DNA from: Candidatus Thorarchaeota archaeon
GTDB lineage: Archaea; Asgardarchaeota; Thorarchaeia; Thorarchaeales; Thorarchaeaceae
DNA length: 64,000 nucleotides
Direction: 5' to 3'
Assembly: GCA_016933575.1 (NCBI GenBank)
Contig: JAFGAR010000025.1
Span: 52,888 to 116,887 of the forward strand
Both the position numbers and the translations under genes were made by a program. Below the pieces are notes generated by a model. It saw only the letters and a program-made list of their open reading frames with translations, had not been told where the DNA came from and ran no database searches. This document shows, piece after piece, positions 29,101 through 39,114 of the stretch (positions within the stretch are counted from its first letter, which is position 1; every line of letters starts with the position of its first letter).

Positions 29101-31320
29101 TTAGCGGCGTTTCCTGTAAATCCCAATTATCAAGATTCCAACCAGTCCAACCACAGCTAAAGGTACCAAATATTCGAAGAATGATTGTACGATGTCAAGT
29201 TGAAATTGAATAGAGGCTGTTCTATTTGCCCAATCATAGACAGTAAGATTTACGATATGTGTTCCTAGTTCTAGATCTTCAAGGGTGAATTCCGTGGGCG
29301 AGGTCACGTTTCCAATAAGAGTTCCATCTACCCTGATTTCAGTAAATTGATATCCTGAGCCCTCGTCAACCACTGTCCAGACCAGGGGTACATCTTGCAG
29401 ACTGGTTACGGTGAGGAATGGACTAGTCAGTGTTACTTCCGGATTGGTGAGGTCCACGATGAATGCATATTGGGTGCTATAGTTATTCATGGCCTCATCG
29501 TAGACTGTAATGTTGATAATGTGGCTCCCCTCAGTCAATCCCTCAAGCATGAAACCAAGCCCATTATCATTGTATTGGATATTGGTATCTTGATCGACCC
29601 AGATGACTGTATGCGAATAACCACTATGAACATCATTCACTATCCATGATGCGTAGAACGAACTCGTAGGTATTGCTTGGTCTTCATATGGTCTTGAAAT
29701 GCTGACTGTCGGAGCCACTCTATCTATATTCACTCGAAAGTGTGAAACATCATCACCAATGTTACCTACCGAGTCCTTAGCAATCACATGCAAATACCAT
29801 ATTCCTGAAGTTAGATTCTCTGAAAGGATAAGCCCATCCTCTGAAGTGTATTCAGCGTTCTCTGGGTCTGGAATGGTAGTTGGACTCGCATCTATAACAT
29901 AATAATATCCACTGATAGAATTGACTTCTGGAGGTGCAGTCCAATTAAATACAGGTTGAGGATTTGAATACCAATCCCCCTCTTCCGGATGTGTTGGGGA
30001 ATATATCTCAGGAGTCAATACTGTGCAATCATAATATGTTGTGAGCATGGGGTCTCCAACGATGTTCATGCCATAATACCATTCGAGAAAGAGGGATCCT
30101 GCACTACTACTAGAGGTCAATGCTTGAGAGAACCATTCGACAAGACTCTCACCCAACGTTGCATTCTCAGCTAATGGTCCATAAAACTCATCACAGTCCA
30201 TCATACTACCCGTCTTGCTACTTCCAATGGCAGCCAGGCTAGAACTACCACTGAATGCGTATGTCACAGCAAGATTATCCGCAGTAGTCCATTTTGCACC
30301 TGAGCAGCAGAACAGATTATAGAAATTAAACGAAGGTGGGGCTGCGTGAATCTGTGCTGAGCTCACGGTTCCTTCAGTCCCAGTGCCCCCAGCTCCAAAT
30401 GCATGTAGAGTCGGTGAACTGTGGGCACAGAGATGTCCCCATTGATAGTTTTGCAAGATTCTATTGGTCCTCCAATCATCTGCGTTTGTAGCTGTTGTTG
30501 GATCTTGGATGAGATTCACCGTATCATAAAGAAGTTCCAAATCATCTGCCCATCTTGAACCCCAGTAACCAGCCCAATCATCATCAATATAGGCAAGAGC
30601 TTGTCTTGTCCGTTGTGCACCTCCTGTCCTAAAGTTGTGAACTCGAGCTAGGTATGTATTGACATTATCAGCCACGCTTCCACCCCATGATAGACAAGTT
30701 GGGTCTATTCGACCTACGAAGATCTCAGCGAAGATATCGCTCTCAAAAGGAACCGCAGAGTGAATATCATAGACTCCATCTTGTGGTTCTGAGTCCACCC
30801 AATTACCATCTAAATCCATCAGGAAGAGGTCACAGATGAATGTCGACGCTGAGAATCCTCCATTTGCAGGATGATAGAACTCTGCATATGGCAATCTTCC
30901 TATGAGCACAGCTCCAATCAAATCATCAACATCATACCATGTGCTTAGAAGGTTCTTGAGGTCCTCTGCAGTGCTTATTGTGTTGGTGTACAGAAAGGTA
31001 TTGTAACCTGTATCGTTCAAGTCCTGCTGATATTGATTGACTGCTGACATCACAGATGGATAAAGTACGTTTTCTACTATAATTGCCACAGTCTTATCGT
31101 AATCTGACGCAGGAATCTCAACTGATTCACTAGAAAGCCTCTCAGTCTGAGACGAAAGAATCATCATATCACTTTGATTTTGAATGTTAGGTGTATTGCT
31201 GAAGATATAGCCTGTTTCATCAGTCACTGGTGGAATACATGTTACTGTTGAAATGACAAGTATGAAACATATGGTAATCATTATCAGATTGCGTGCTCGA
31301 ATCAGAGTTCTTCTCTCCAT
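29101..31320 (-). CDS. Secreted, membrane-anchored C25 (gingipain-like) cysteine peptidase with Ig-like domains
   Basis: AVLIGRLP, DLFLMDLDG, EIFVGRI; His in CAHSS and Cys in NLFCCS; NIVGDPML; C-terminal TM followed by RKRR. Confidence 0.75.
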   Translation of the reverse strand: MERRTLIRARNLIMITICFILVISTVTCIPPVTDETGYIFSNTPNIQNQSDMMILSSQTERLSSESVEIPASDYDKTVAIIVENVLYPSVMSAVNQYQQDLNDTGYNTFLYTNTISTAEDLKNLLSTWYDVDDLIGAVLIGRLPYAEFYHPANGGFSASTFICDLFLMDLDGNWVDSEPQDGVYDIHSAVPFESDIFAEIFVGRIDPTCLSWGGSVADNVNTYLARVHNFRTGGAQRTRQALAYIDDDWAGYWGSRWADDLELLYDTVNLIQDPTTATNADDWRTNRILQNYQWGHLCAHSSPTLHAFGAGGTGTEGTVSSAQIHAAPPSFNFYNLFCCSGAKWTTADNLAVTYAFSGSSSLAAIGSSKTGSMMDCDEFYGPLAENATLGESLVEWFSQALTSSSSAGSLFLEWYYGMNIVGDPMLTTYYDCTVLTPEIYSPTHPEEGDWYSNPQPVFNWTAPPEVNSISGYYYVIDASPTTIPDPENAEYTSEDGLILSENLTSGIWYLHVIAKDSVGNIGDDVSHFRVNIDRVAPTVSISRPYEDQAIPTSSFYASWIVNDVHSGYSHTVIWVDQDTNIQYNDNGLGFMLEGLTEGSHIINITVYDEAMNNYSTQYAFIVDLTNPEVTLTSPFLTVTSLQDVPLVWTVVDEGSGYQFTEIRVDGTLIGNVTSPTEFTLEDLELGTHIVNLTVYDWANRTASIQFQLDIVQSFFEYLVPLAVVGLVGILIIGIYRKRR

Positions 31321-31455
31321 TCATTCCCTTCGTCTTTTTCAATATGAACTTGTTCAAAATAGAATAGTATAGCTAATTAGTATTATATCCGATGTCATTG
31401 AGAAAAGACATATACTCTATGTTCTGAGTATTGGTTCATACTGGGGATTTCAATT

Positions 31456-32412
31456 ATGGTCTCACTCAATCAAATCCTCGAAGCTCGAGAACGAATTGGA
31501 AGTCTTACACAAATGACTCCTGTTCGTTATTCTAGCTATCTTAGTGAATTGAGCAATGCATCAGTATACCTGAAACTTGAGAATGAACAGATAACAGGAT
31601 CATTCAAGGTTCGAGGAGCTCTTAATCGGCTCATGACCTTGGAGAGCGATGCAATTGCCCGTGGAGTGATTACTGCATCAACTGGAAATCATGGGCTTGG
31701 AGTAGCATTTGCTGCAAAGGAGTTAGGAATCAATGTGCAAGTTGTGTTTCCCAAAGAGGCATCTCATACAAAGCGCGAGAGGATGGAGCAAGCAGGCGCA
31801 AAGATAATCCAGGATGTAGGATACGCGGATATCGAACCTTACGCTCGAAAATTGGCTGACGAACGTGGATTAACGTACGTGAGTCCTTACAATGATCCCG
31901 AAATCATCGCTGGTGCTGGAACAGTCGGACTTGAGATTGTAGAACAGCTAGATCATTTTGACTCTGTTGTTGTTCCTATTGGCGGCGGCGGACTCATCTC
32001 TGGAATCGCAATAGCTATCAAATCACTACGACCGGGAGCTGAGATCATTGGAGTCCAATCAGAAGTCTCACCTGAGGTCTACGAGTCGTGGCTCGCGGGT
32101 CACTGGGTTGATGCTGAAGAGTCTGACTCGTTCGCACAAGGATTGATGGGTGGGGTAGAACCTGACTCTATCACTCTTGATATAATACAGGAGCGAGTTG
32201 ATAGAATTGATCTTGTGCATGAAGAATCAATACTTCAAGCAATAAGACTCCTATATGAACAGGATGGACTGGTAATTGAAGGAGCCGGGGCTGCGTCGAC
32301 AGCAGACCTACTTCAAAGACCAGACCAGTTCTCTGGGAAAAAAGTGGTTATTGTGATAAGTGGTGGAAACATTAGTCGGGCTGATGTGCTATCGCTGATT
32401 AATCGTCAATAA
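31456..32412 (+). CDS. Threonine/serine dehydratase (PLP fold II, no ACT domain)
   Basis: LKLENEQITGSFKVRG, ASTGNHG, PIGGGGLISG and SGGNI motifs. Confidence 0.92.
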   Translation: MVSLNQILEARERIGSLTQMTPVRYSSYLSELSNASVYLKLENEQITGSFKVRGALNRLMTLESDAIARGVITASTGNHGLGVAFAAKELGINVQVVFPKEASHTKRERMEQAGAKIIQDVGYADIEPYARKLADERGLTYVSPYNDPEIIAGAGTVGLEIVEQLDHFDSVVVPIGGGGLISGIAIAIKSLRPGAEIIGVQSEVSPEVYESWLAGHWVDAEESDSFAQGLMGGVEPDSITLDIIQERVDRIDLVHEESILQAIRLLYEQDGLVIEGAGAASTADLLQRPDQFSGKKVVIVISGGNISRADVLSLINRQ

Positions 32413-32752
32413 TGTCTTCGTCAAGAAATTCCTCGACATCTTGTTCCAGTGTGGCAACTCTTAGATCTTCAAGTATTGCATCATCCATTGGTCTATTTGA
32501 CATGGTTAACTCAAGACGTCCATACCAACCACAGTCTAGGCAGGCATACATCGGTTGAAAACTCCCAATGTAACCCAGGTCTTGAAACGATGTTATTTCC
32601 TGAATCCTTGGGCTCTTGCATTCTGGGCAGATGATGATGTCTGTGAAGATTCCCTTTTTCTTCAGTTCATCCAAAGCCATTCTAGTTGCCTTAAGGCGCT
32701 GGACTTCTTTGAGCTGCTTTTCAGTGAGTTGTTTTGCAGCTTGATCAGACAC
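32399..32752 (-). CDS. Small Zn-ribbon protein
   Basis: CPECKS..YACLDCGW; acidic tail. Confidence 0.72.
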   Translation of the reverse strand: MSDQAAKQLTEKQLKEVQRLKATRMALDELKKKGIFTDIIICPECKSPRIQEITSFQDLGYIGSFQPMYACLDCGWYGRLELTMSNRPMDDAILEDLRVATLEQDVEEFLDEDIIDD

Positions 32753-32842
32753 GTTTTCACCTATTTCTCTCTGCGCATCAGCACATAAGTATCTAATGTT
32801 GTTTCCTAGATTGTACTATTGAAACGCTGCTTAATTCACCTA

Positions 32843-34459
32843 TCACGTGGACCAACCTATCTGATAGACTGCCATATTGTCAGATCCGCACACAACATTA
32901 TCAACCAGATGTGCTCGAAAAACCTCTATTACAGTTCCTCCGCGGCTACCTATTGCCCACCTGAGTCCACCAAACCATTCGACATAAAACACAATATAGG
33001 TACAATTCATCGCTTCAAGATACTCTACCTGTGATGTAAGATTTGTATAATCATGTAGAAGTGCTGGCGTGACTAGACCGTATATATCAAGGACTGTACC
33101 ATTTGTGAAGTACCCAATTGCTCCTACATCATAGGTCCCGATGACTGCACCTTCGGGTACATTCTCAACAATCCACTCTGATATCGTGACCTGCATGTCT
33201 TCGATATTGCTTGCTTGGTTTGCATGAATGTTGATGTATCCAACCGTGGCTGTCAAAGACGGCACAAAGAGAAGGAATGTAATCATGAGTGCTAATAGTG
33301 TATTAAGCTCTTGATTGGCAGGTATATCCGGACCTCTGGATTTTCCCATTCTCTCAATCACAAGTACGAGACCGCAAACAAATCCAACCGCAAGAAGGTC
33401 GAAGAGCGGAACGAGATATCTAGCTGCAAACAACAACGACATTCCTGGCATTGTAAGTCTATATAATACAAACAACGATGTCGTCAAAATCAACTCATAT
33501 GGTCTTCGTTTCAACAAAAGCAGGATAACCCCTCCAAAGAACCCAAGTGCAAGGTAGGGCTCTAGTGGCAACCATGCAGTATACCAGTAGAAATCCCAAT
33601 AGTCAATATCAATCTGAGAAACTCCCCATCTCAGCTTTGAATAGTAAGAATCGGGAAGAGGTAGTCCTGTGGTATTATAACAATGCAGAATCCAAGGCAA
33701 CACCACCAAGGCTGCCAGCACAAACATGAGTATGACTGTGAGGACTCTTTCTTTCTTCAGCCTATCCTTATACAGAACAACCAATGAACGAATTGGTAAG
33801 CACAGAGCAGCTAGCAGAACAAATTCTGGTCTGCACAAATAGGCAAATCCTGCGAGTACTCCAAGGACCAAATCGTATCTCTTATCCGGACGAGGTAGAA
33901 GAAGGAGTGCGAGAAGTATCACCATCATTGCAAGTGGCGTTTCCATCCCTGAGAGCATTAATCCTGCATTTCTAGGTACTAACACAAAGATGACTTGACC
34001 TAGTATTGCATAGTACCATCGTTCTGTATGTTGTTTCACAATCTCACCAACAAGAAATACGTCAATGATATAGAATAAGCCTGAAATTACTAAGACTGAT
34101 GTGACCACAGTATCATGATCGTACCCAAATAGAAAGATGGGTGACAGTACAACTGACCAGAGAGGCCCTGATGAACCCGTGCTCGGAATTCCCCATGCAT
34201 ATTCCCAAGGTCTGCCTTCAAAGATGGTCCTGGCATATTGGACATGGATCCATGAATCATCAAAAGAGAATCCATAAACACCCCACGATGCCATTACATA
34301 TTGAACATTTATGATCGATAAGATGGTAATTATGATTGCTGAGGTGAGTGTGAATTTCCATGAATCTACTCCAAAGGTCAGAATCCGTTTAAGAACTAGC
34401 AAAATCGTGGATAATTCGAATCTTGGTTCTGTATCAGCAGTCTCTTGAGAATCCGCCAT
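32843..34459 (-). CDS. GT-C-fold membrane glycosyltransferase-like protein
   Basis: DDSWIHVQYAR..G.PSTGSSGPLW loop; SGMETPL, RPE, RYLVP and DVGAIGY; ~12 TM. Confidence 0.8.
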   Translation of the reverse strand: MADSQETADTEPRFELSTILLVLKRILTFGVDSWKFTLTSAIIITILSIINVQYVMASWGVYGFSFDDSWIHVQYARTIFEGRPWEYAWGIPSTGSSGPLWSVVLSPIFLFGYDHDTVVTSVLVISGLFYIIDVFLVGEIVKQHTERWYYAILGQVIFVLVPRNAGLMLSGMETPLAMMVILLALLLLPRPDKRYDLVLGVLAGFAYLCRPEFVLLAALCLPIRSLVVLYKDRLKKERVLTVILMFVLAALVVLPWILHCYNTTGLPLPDSYYSKLRWGVSQIDIDYWDFYWYTAWLPLEPYLALGFFGGVILLLLKRRPYELILTTSLFVLYRLTMPGMSLLFAARYLVPLFDLLAVGFVCGLVLVIERMGKSRGPDIPANQELNTLLALMITFLLFVPSLTATVGYINIHANQASNIEDMQVTISEWIVENVPEGAVIGTYDVGAIGYFTNGTVLDIYGLVTPALLHDYTNLTSQVEYLEAMNCTYIVFYVEWFGGLRWAIGSRGGTVIEVFRAHLVDNVVCGSDNMAVYQIGWST

Positions 34460-34568
34460 CTAGAAGACTCCATTCTTATCTATAGGCTCCGTTTGGAATC
34501 GATGGTGAATATTAATGTTCACTCCTACGAGGCTAAGCAACTGTATTATTCTATACAATTACTCTGTG

Positions 34569-34946
34569 CTACACGTAGGTGATTGTCCATCTCTGATTAC
34601 AGTGTGCCTTTGACATGTGATATTCTGGATGATTGACCCCGAAAACCACTGCCTCCCATCTTCCTCTCTCAACACCACAGAGTTCAAAGAGAGCCACTCC
34701 ATTCGAATCTGTTGATTTCGAAAGTGAGAATTTTGAACCATTAGGACTGTTGATTACTAGATCAACATTTCCATGGCGCACTGGTTCTCCACATAGACTC
34801 AGAACAGAAACTGCAACTTTCAAATTTTGTTGGTCATTGACATATGAAGTGACGACATCAACGGATTCAACGCACATCTCGGTTCGATTTTTCTGGTAAA
34901 AATAATCTTCTTTAAGATAGGACTCTTCATACATCGCCATAACCAC
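34569..34946 (-). CDS. Small Ig-like domain protein
   Basis: GEPV..V..V..P....STDSNGVALF beta-sandwich pattern. Confidence 0.6.
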   Translation of the reverse strand: MVMAMYEESYLKEDYFYQKNRTEMCVESVDVVTSYVNDQQNLKVAVSVLSLCGEPVRHGNVDLVINSPNGSKFSLSKSTDSNGVALFELCGVERGRWEAVVFGVNHPEYHMSKAHCNQRWTITYV

Positions 34947-35055
34947 AATGATAGATGAGTAAAATAGATATATATAGTTTGTTTACAATTATACCAAGGT
35001 AATTCCGTAAAAACACCTATATTCATGTGTTTACAGAAATTCCATGGTGATTCAT

Positions 35056-35547
35056 ATGAGACCTGCAAAAAGAATGCTCCTTACCATCATGTTAGCTGTG
35101 ATGGTCATGTCCTTTCTCACTGGGAATGCACAGGCCACCAGCTTTAGTGATGGTGGCGGCTCACTGATGGTGTCTATTGAATCTGCGGACTATCTGGCTC
35201 TGGGTACAGACCAGATCGAAAATGACATTCTGACGGAGTTTACTTTGTCCTTACCAAATGGGTATTGGGTATATGGTTGGACCTATATCTACTGCGAAAT
35301 TGAACTACCTTCTGGCGGATACTATTACACCGAACTATTAGTGTTAGCATCCTACTCACGACTGAGTCTTACCCTTGCTTGGCATAATACTGCCACAGAA
35401 ATCGGATGGTATACATTCTTTGTATACGCGAATATTCTTGGACAGAATGTACTAAGACCTGGTACTGACTCATTGATGTTTGATCCTCCAACAGATGGTG
35501 ACGCAGGCCCTCCTCTACTCGAAATTATCCAAGTGGTAGCAAACTAG
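35056..35547 (+). CDS. Secreted hypothetical protein
   Basis: Signal peptide MRPAKRMLLTIMLAVMVMSFLTGNAQA; GGTGA SD. Confidence 0.7.
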   Translation: MRPAKRMLLTIMLAVMVMSFLTGNAQATSFSDGGGSLMVSIESADYLALGTDQIENDILTEFTLSLPNGYWVYGWTYIYCEIELPSGGYYYTELLVLASYSRLSLTLAWHNTATEIGWYTFFVYANILGQNVLRPGTDSLMFDPPTDGDAGPPLLEIIQVVAN

Positions 35548-35583
35548 CATAACGACAAGCAATAGGAACAAGGAGATCATAAT

Positions 35584-36669
35584 GTGAACGGTCTGACAGG
35601 GGCATACCTATCCCTGCTTATGGCAATACAGGAAAACCCCCTTTCAACTGTATCAGACCTTGTCAAAAGGGTTGAAGGTTCAAAACCAACAATCATTAAA
35701 CGACTGACTTTCCTCAGAGAAAACAAGTATTTCAATGTAAAAGCTCTCTTGAACAATCACAATCTTGGATTTGAGCCAATCGATCTTCTTCTAGATACAA
35801 AAAATCTGAAAGCTGTCGAAAAACTGGAAAAGGTAGCCACCAATCATCCATATACTGTATATCGAAGCCGCTGTTTTGGTTCTCATAATGGTCTCTTCCT
35901 GCAGTTCCGTACACCTATCGGAACCCGCAATCTGATCGAGGAACTTGTGAAGATTTTAAGAGATGATGGAGTCGTTACCAACGATCTCATCTTCTCAATG
36001 GGTGACGAACCAACAATCAATTCATCAATGCAACTGGATTGTTGGGACTTCAAGACCATGAGTTGGAGTTTCGATTGGGTAAAATGGTTTGAAACAGATT
36101 ATGAAATTATACGCTCGCAAAAACCTAAGGAGAAACTTGGTTCTGCACTTGAGTGGCTAACAAAGAATGATATGTACATTCTTCAACAATTGATGATTGG
36201 AGCTAAGCGACATAATGCTGATATGATTCGTTCGATTGAAGATTTGGGGATTTCAATAACTCCTCAGACTTTTGGTCGACGCCTCAAGACATTGGATGAA
36301 CAATGTGTGGAAAAGTATCGTGTGAGTTTTAATCCGCGAGCCTTTGATATTATAACAAACATTGTTATTCGAGGGGAAGGCAAGAGGAAGTATCTTCGTA
36401 AATTGTACTCGAGAATGAATAAAGACCCAATCCCCTTTGAGTCATCATTCAGGGTTTCGGACACTGAGCTATATTGGTTTGTCCGAATGCCTCCTTCTCA
36501 TCTCTCATCTCTCTTAACGAACCTCCATTCCAACCTTGAGAATATGTCTGTTTCGATTATTGATTATTCACAATCATTTCTCTATTCAATATGGCCTGAA
36601 ACCCTTGATGAGGATAATCACACTTGGCGTCAAGATCGAGCGTTTATGATTGACCAAGCCCTGAAGTAA
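35584..36669 (+). CDS. Tandem wHTH/AsnC-type regulator (paralog of 22960..24096)
   Basis: NPLSTVSDLVKRVEGSKPTIIKRL; WSFDWVKW linker; second HTH ITPQTFGRRLKTL. Confidence 0.78.
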   Translation: MNGLTGAYLSLLMAIQENPLSTVSDLVKRVEGSKPTIIKRLTFLRENKYFNVKALLNNHNLGFEPIDLLLDTKNLKAVEKLEKVATNHPYTVYRSRCFGSHNGLFLQFRTPIGTRNLIEELVKILRDDGVVTNDLIFSMGDEPTINSSMQLDCWDFKTMSWSFDWVKWFETDYEIIRSQKPKEKLGSALEWLTKNDMYILQQLMIGAKRHNADMIRSIEDLGISITPQTFGRRLKTLDEQCVEKYRVSFNPRAFDIITNIVIRGEGKRKYLRKLYSRMNKDPIPFESSFRVSDTELYWFVRMPPSHLSSLLTNLHSNLENMSVSIIDYSQSFLYSIWPETLDEDNHTWRQDRAFMIDQALK

Positions 36670-36717
36670 ATTAATTGTTACTCGGAATTCGAATAATCGA
36701 TTTACACACCAAATTAT

Positions 36718-38961
36718 TCACTTCCCGCTAGGCAGAACTATCTGAACCGAAATTGAGAGTGTGTTTCCTGACGCTAATTCCGAATGCCACTTCATAGAAC
36801 CTTTGAAGAGACCTATCAATCTTTTTGCATATCCGAATTCCACGACATCATCAGGGTACACTTCTGTATATCTTCGTATAAATCCAAGAGATTCATCAAT
36901 CTTGTGAACTCCCACTATGATATCAAGAACAATTTCTATTGAACCCTCTACATTTGGAGCCTCTTCAAGAATACCTATACCTAGCACCTCTATTGATCCA
37001 AGTCTTTTCATGACTCCGTCGAGAAGATAATAGAATCCATCTTCTAAGAGACTATTAGCAAGCACCAGTCCATGAATCCTATCCTTATCTTTGATCTGTC
37101 TAACTGAATCCGGAATTCCTAAACGATTTGCTGCGCATCTAATGGAATCTATTGCATCGATAGTCTCCAACGTGCTTCTATCGAAGCTGTTTCCTGAAAT
37201 CAATATTTGCAGATATCTCGTTAGTTCATTTGCTGATGAAATCTTGTCTAGGATTAATGTTATTGAATCTCTTCGGTCATCGGTCATCTTTACATCCATG
37301 GCCAGATTTGAGAGTAGATCGATCGCAGTTTCTTGGTGACCAACAATGGCATTTGATACCAATTCGGAGTATAGGGATGCATCGACGGTGGCGCTTTCGA
37401 ACTTCTTTGTTTCATCCAAATACATGAGGAGTAGTAGGAGTGACAATCCTATTATGGAAAGTAACATTATTGCTTCAGCTACCCACCATCCCGGTGTGGC
37501 GTATCCAAAATTGGTCTTCAGAATAATGATGACAACCCATATTGACACAAGAGCGGCTCCAACTGAATCAAAAGTAAATTTTCCTCCAGAAGATGCAGTC
37601 AAAAGGAGTATATAGGTCAGAAGACAGTAGAGGGAAATGTAACTCAATCCCAACATGATTGATAGTCCTATGACTGCTTCTGTAATTCCAAATATTCCTA
37701 TAATGACCTCAGTTCTGAGTAGTTCTCCAATGAATATTAGAATGGGAGAACCAATTACCACCAAAATGATGGTACTATTAGAACTCAAGAGTTTGTTCTG
37801 GTGTGGATTGAGTACCCTCCTTATTGCGAGGAATAACAAGAAAGATGAAAGGACACTGCCACAGATATATGGTGTTAGAGTCTCTGAAGCAAATCCATAC
37901 GCGGGAGTGAAGTGTGAAAACACTATAGCTAGCTCTGAAATCATCCAATAAAGAAGCAAGGAAATGATAGCAATCTGTCCCGGACTTGAATAGTGTCTTA
38001 ATTTGCTATAGAGTGTGTATGCCGAAATTCCTGCGAGCATTGCACCTCCCATGTGAACTATAAGAGTGGCACCAATGTCAATAATTACTTCACTACCAAT
38101 GAGTGCTTCAATTAGATGAGAAATAATGAAGGGTACGATAGCTAGGATTGTTGTTACTATTGTAATAACATAAGCAATGTTTTCATTCACACTGATATCA
38201 AGAAGATATGTATAGCTAATTGCAATATTTGCTATAATCAGAGCAAGAGCAATGAGAGCTATCGACACAATCCACATCGATGTTGGGCTTGGAAGGATTA
38301 GAATATGATTGACCGAAGCTCCAGCAAATAATAGAAAACCTATCATCAATCGAAAAGGATCGTTTGTTTTGATACTATCTCTCCTCTGGTACATTCTGAG
38401 AGCTGCAGCTAAGTACGATATCACTGCAATAATCCCAGCAAGATATCCTGTTATTAGAAAGACACTGTTATCAAATGGAAGTCTTGCAAAAACGATTGAA
38501 ACTCCAAAGATAAGCGTGCCAATGAGTATCAAGATGAAAGGAGTCTGCTTTCGCTCCCAGATGGAATTCTCCTTCTTGATGAACTGATCCAGACTACTAT
38601 AGAGAAGAATTAGAATCCCCGTTGTTGCTAAAGCCACGAGGTTCAAGAAAATCCCTGCTGTCTGCACATGAATTACTGGTATTTCTTCGGTTAGTATATA
38701 GAAGATTGCTGCCCCTGAGAACACAATTGATGCATAACCTGTACAAGCAAAAAGGGCATTGTTTGATGGTGTTGGTTCCATTCTAACTCTGTTTGCAGCA
38801 CTTGCACTTATTGCAACACATAGAAATGCAAGGATTGAGTAATAGGCTGTTGCAGCACCTGGTGTTTGCCATGGTAGGTTACTCGTTGATAGGAGAAAGA
38901 TGATTGGTATTATAATGAATAGACTGATAATCAATCTGATCCGGTGATATCTCGAGGTCAA
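36718..38961 (-). CDS. ~14-TM sensor fused to a degenerate histidine-kinase core
   Basis: ~510 aa of TM helices, then LYSELVSNAI (H-box-like), ANSLLEDGFYYLLDG (N-box-like) and AKRLIGLFKGSMKW. Confidence 0.7.
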   Translation of the reverse strand: MTSRYHRIRLIISLFIIIPIIFLLSTSNLPWQTPGAATAYYSILAFLCVAISASAANRVRMEPTPSNNALFACTGYASIVFSGAAIFYILTEEIPVIHVQTAGIFLNLVALATTGILILLYSSLDQFIKKENSIWERKQTPFILILIGTLIFGVSIVFARLPFDNSVFLITGYLAGIIAVISYLAAALRMYQRRDSIKTNDPFRLMIGFLLFAGASVNHILILPSPTSMWIVSIALIALALIIANIAISYTYLLDISVNENIAYVITIVTTILAIVPFIISHLIEALIGSEVIIDIGATLIVHMGGAMLAGISAYTLYSKLRHYSSPGQIAIISLLLYWMISELAIVFSHFTPAYGFASETLTPYICGSVLSSFLLFLAIRRVLNPHQNKLLSSNSTIILVVIGSPILIFIGELLRTEVIIGIFGITEAVIGLSIMLGLSYISLYCLLTYILLLTASSGGKFTFDSVGAALVSIWVVIIILKTNFGYATPGWWVAEAIMLLSIIGLSLLLLLMYLDETKKFESATVDASLYSELVSNAIVGHQETAIDLLSNLAMDVKMTDDRRDSITLILDKISSANELTRYLQILISGNSFDRSTLETIDAIDSIRCAANRLGIPDSVRQIKDKDRIHGLVLANSLLEDGFYYLLDGVMKRLGSIEVLGIGILEEAPNVEGSIEIVLDIIVGVHKIDESLGFIRRYTEVYPDDVVEFGYAKRLIGLFKGSMKWHSELASGNTLSISVQIVLPSGK

Positions 38962-39114
38962 GTCTTCTACTCCCTACATCTGTTTAAGAAGAAGGTCAAA
39001 TCTTCCATCACAAATATTTACGGTTTTACCATAATAACTCGTTATAAGGTATATAGAAGAAACATCCGTGATTTTGAAGACTAATAGATAGTTCTTTCAC
39101 AATAGATCTTTCCT

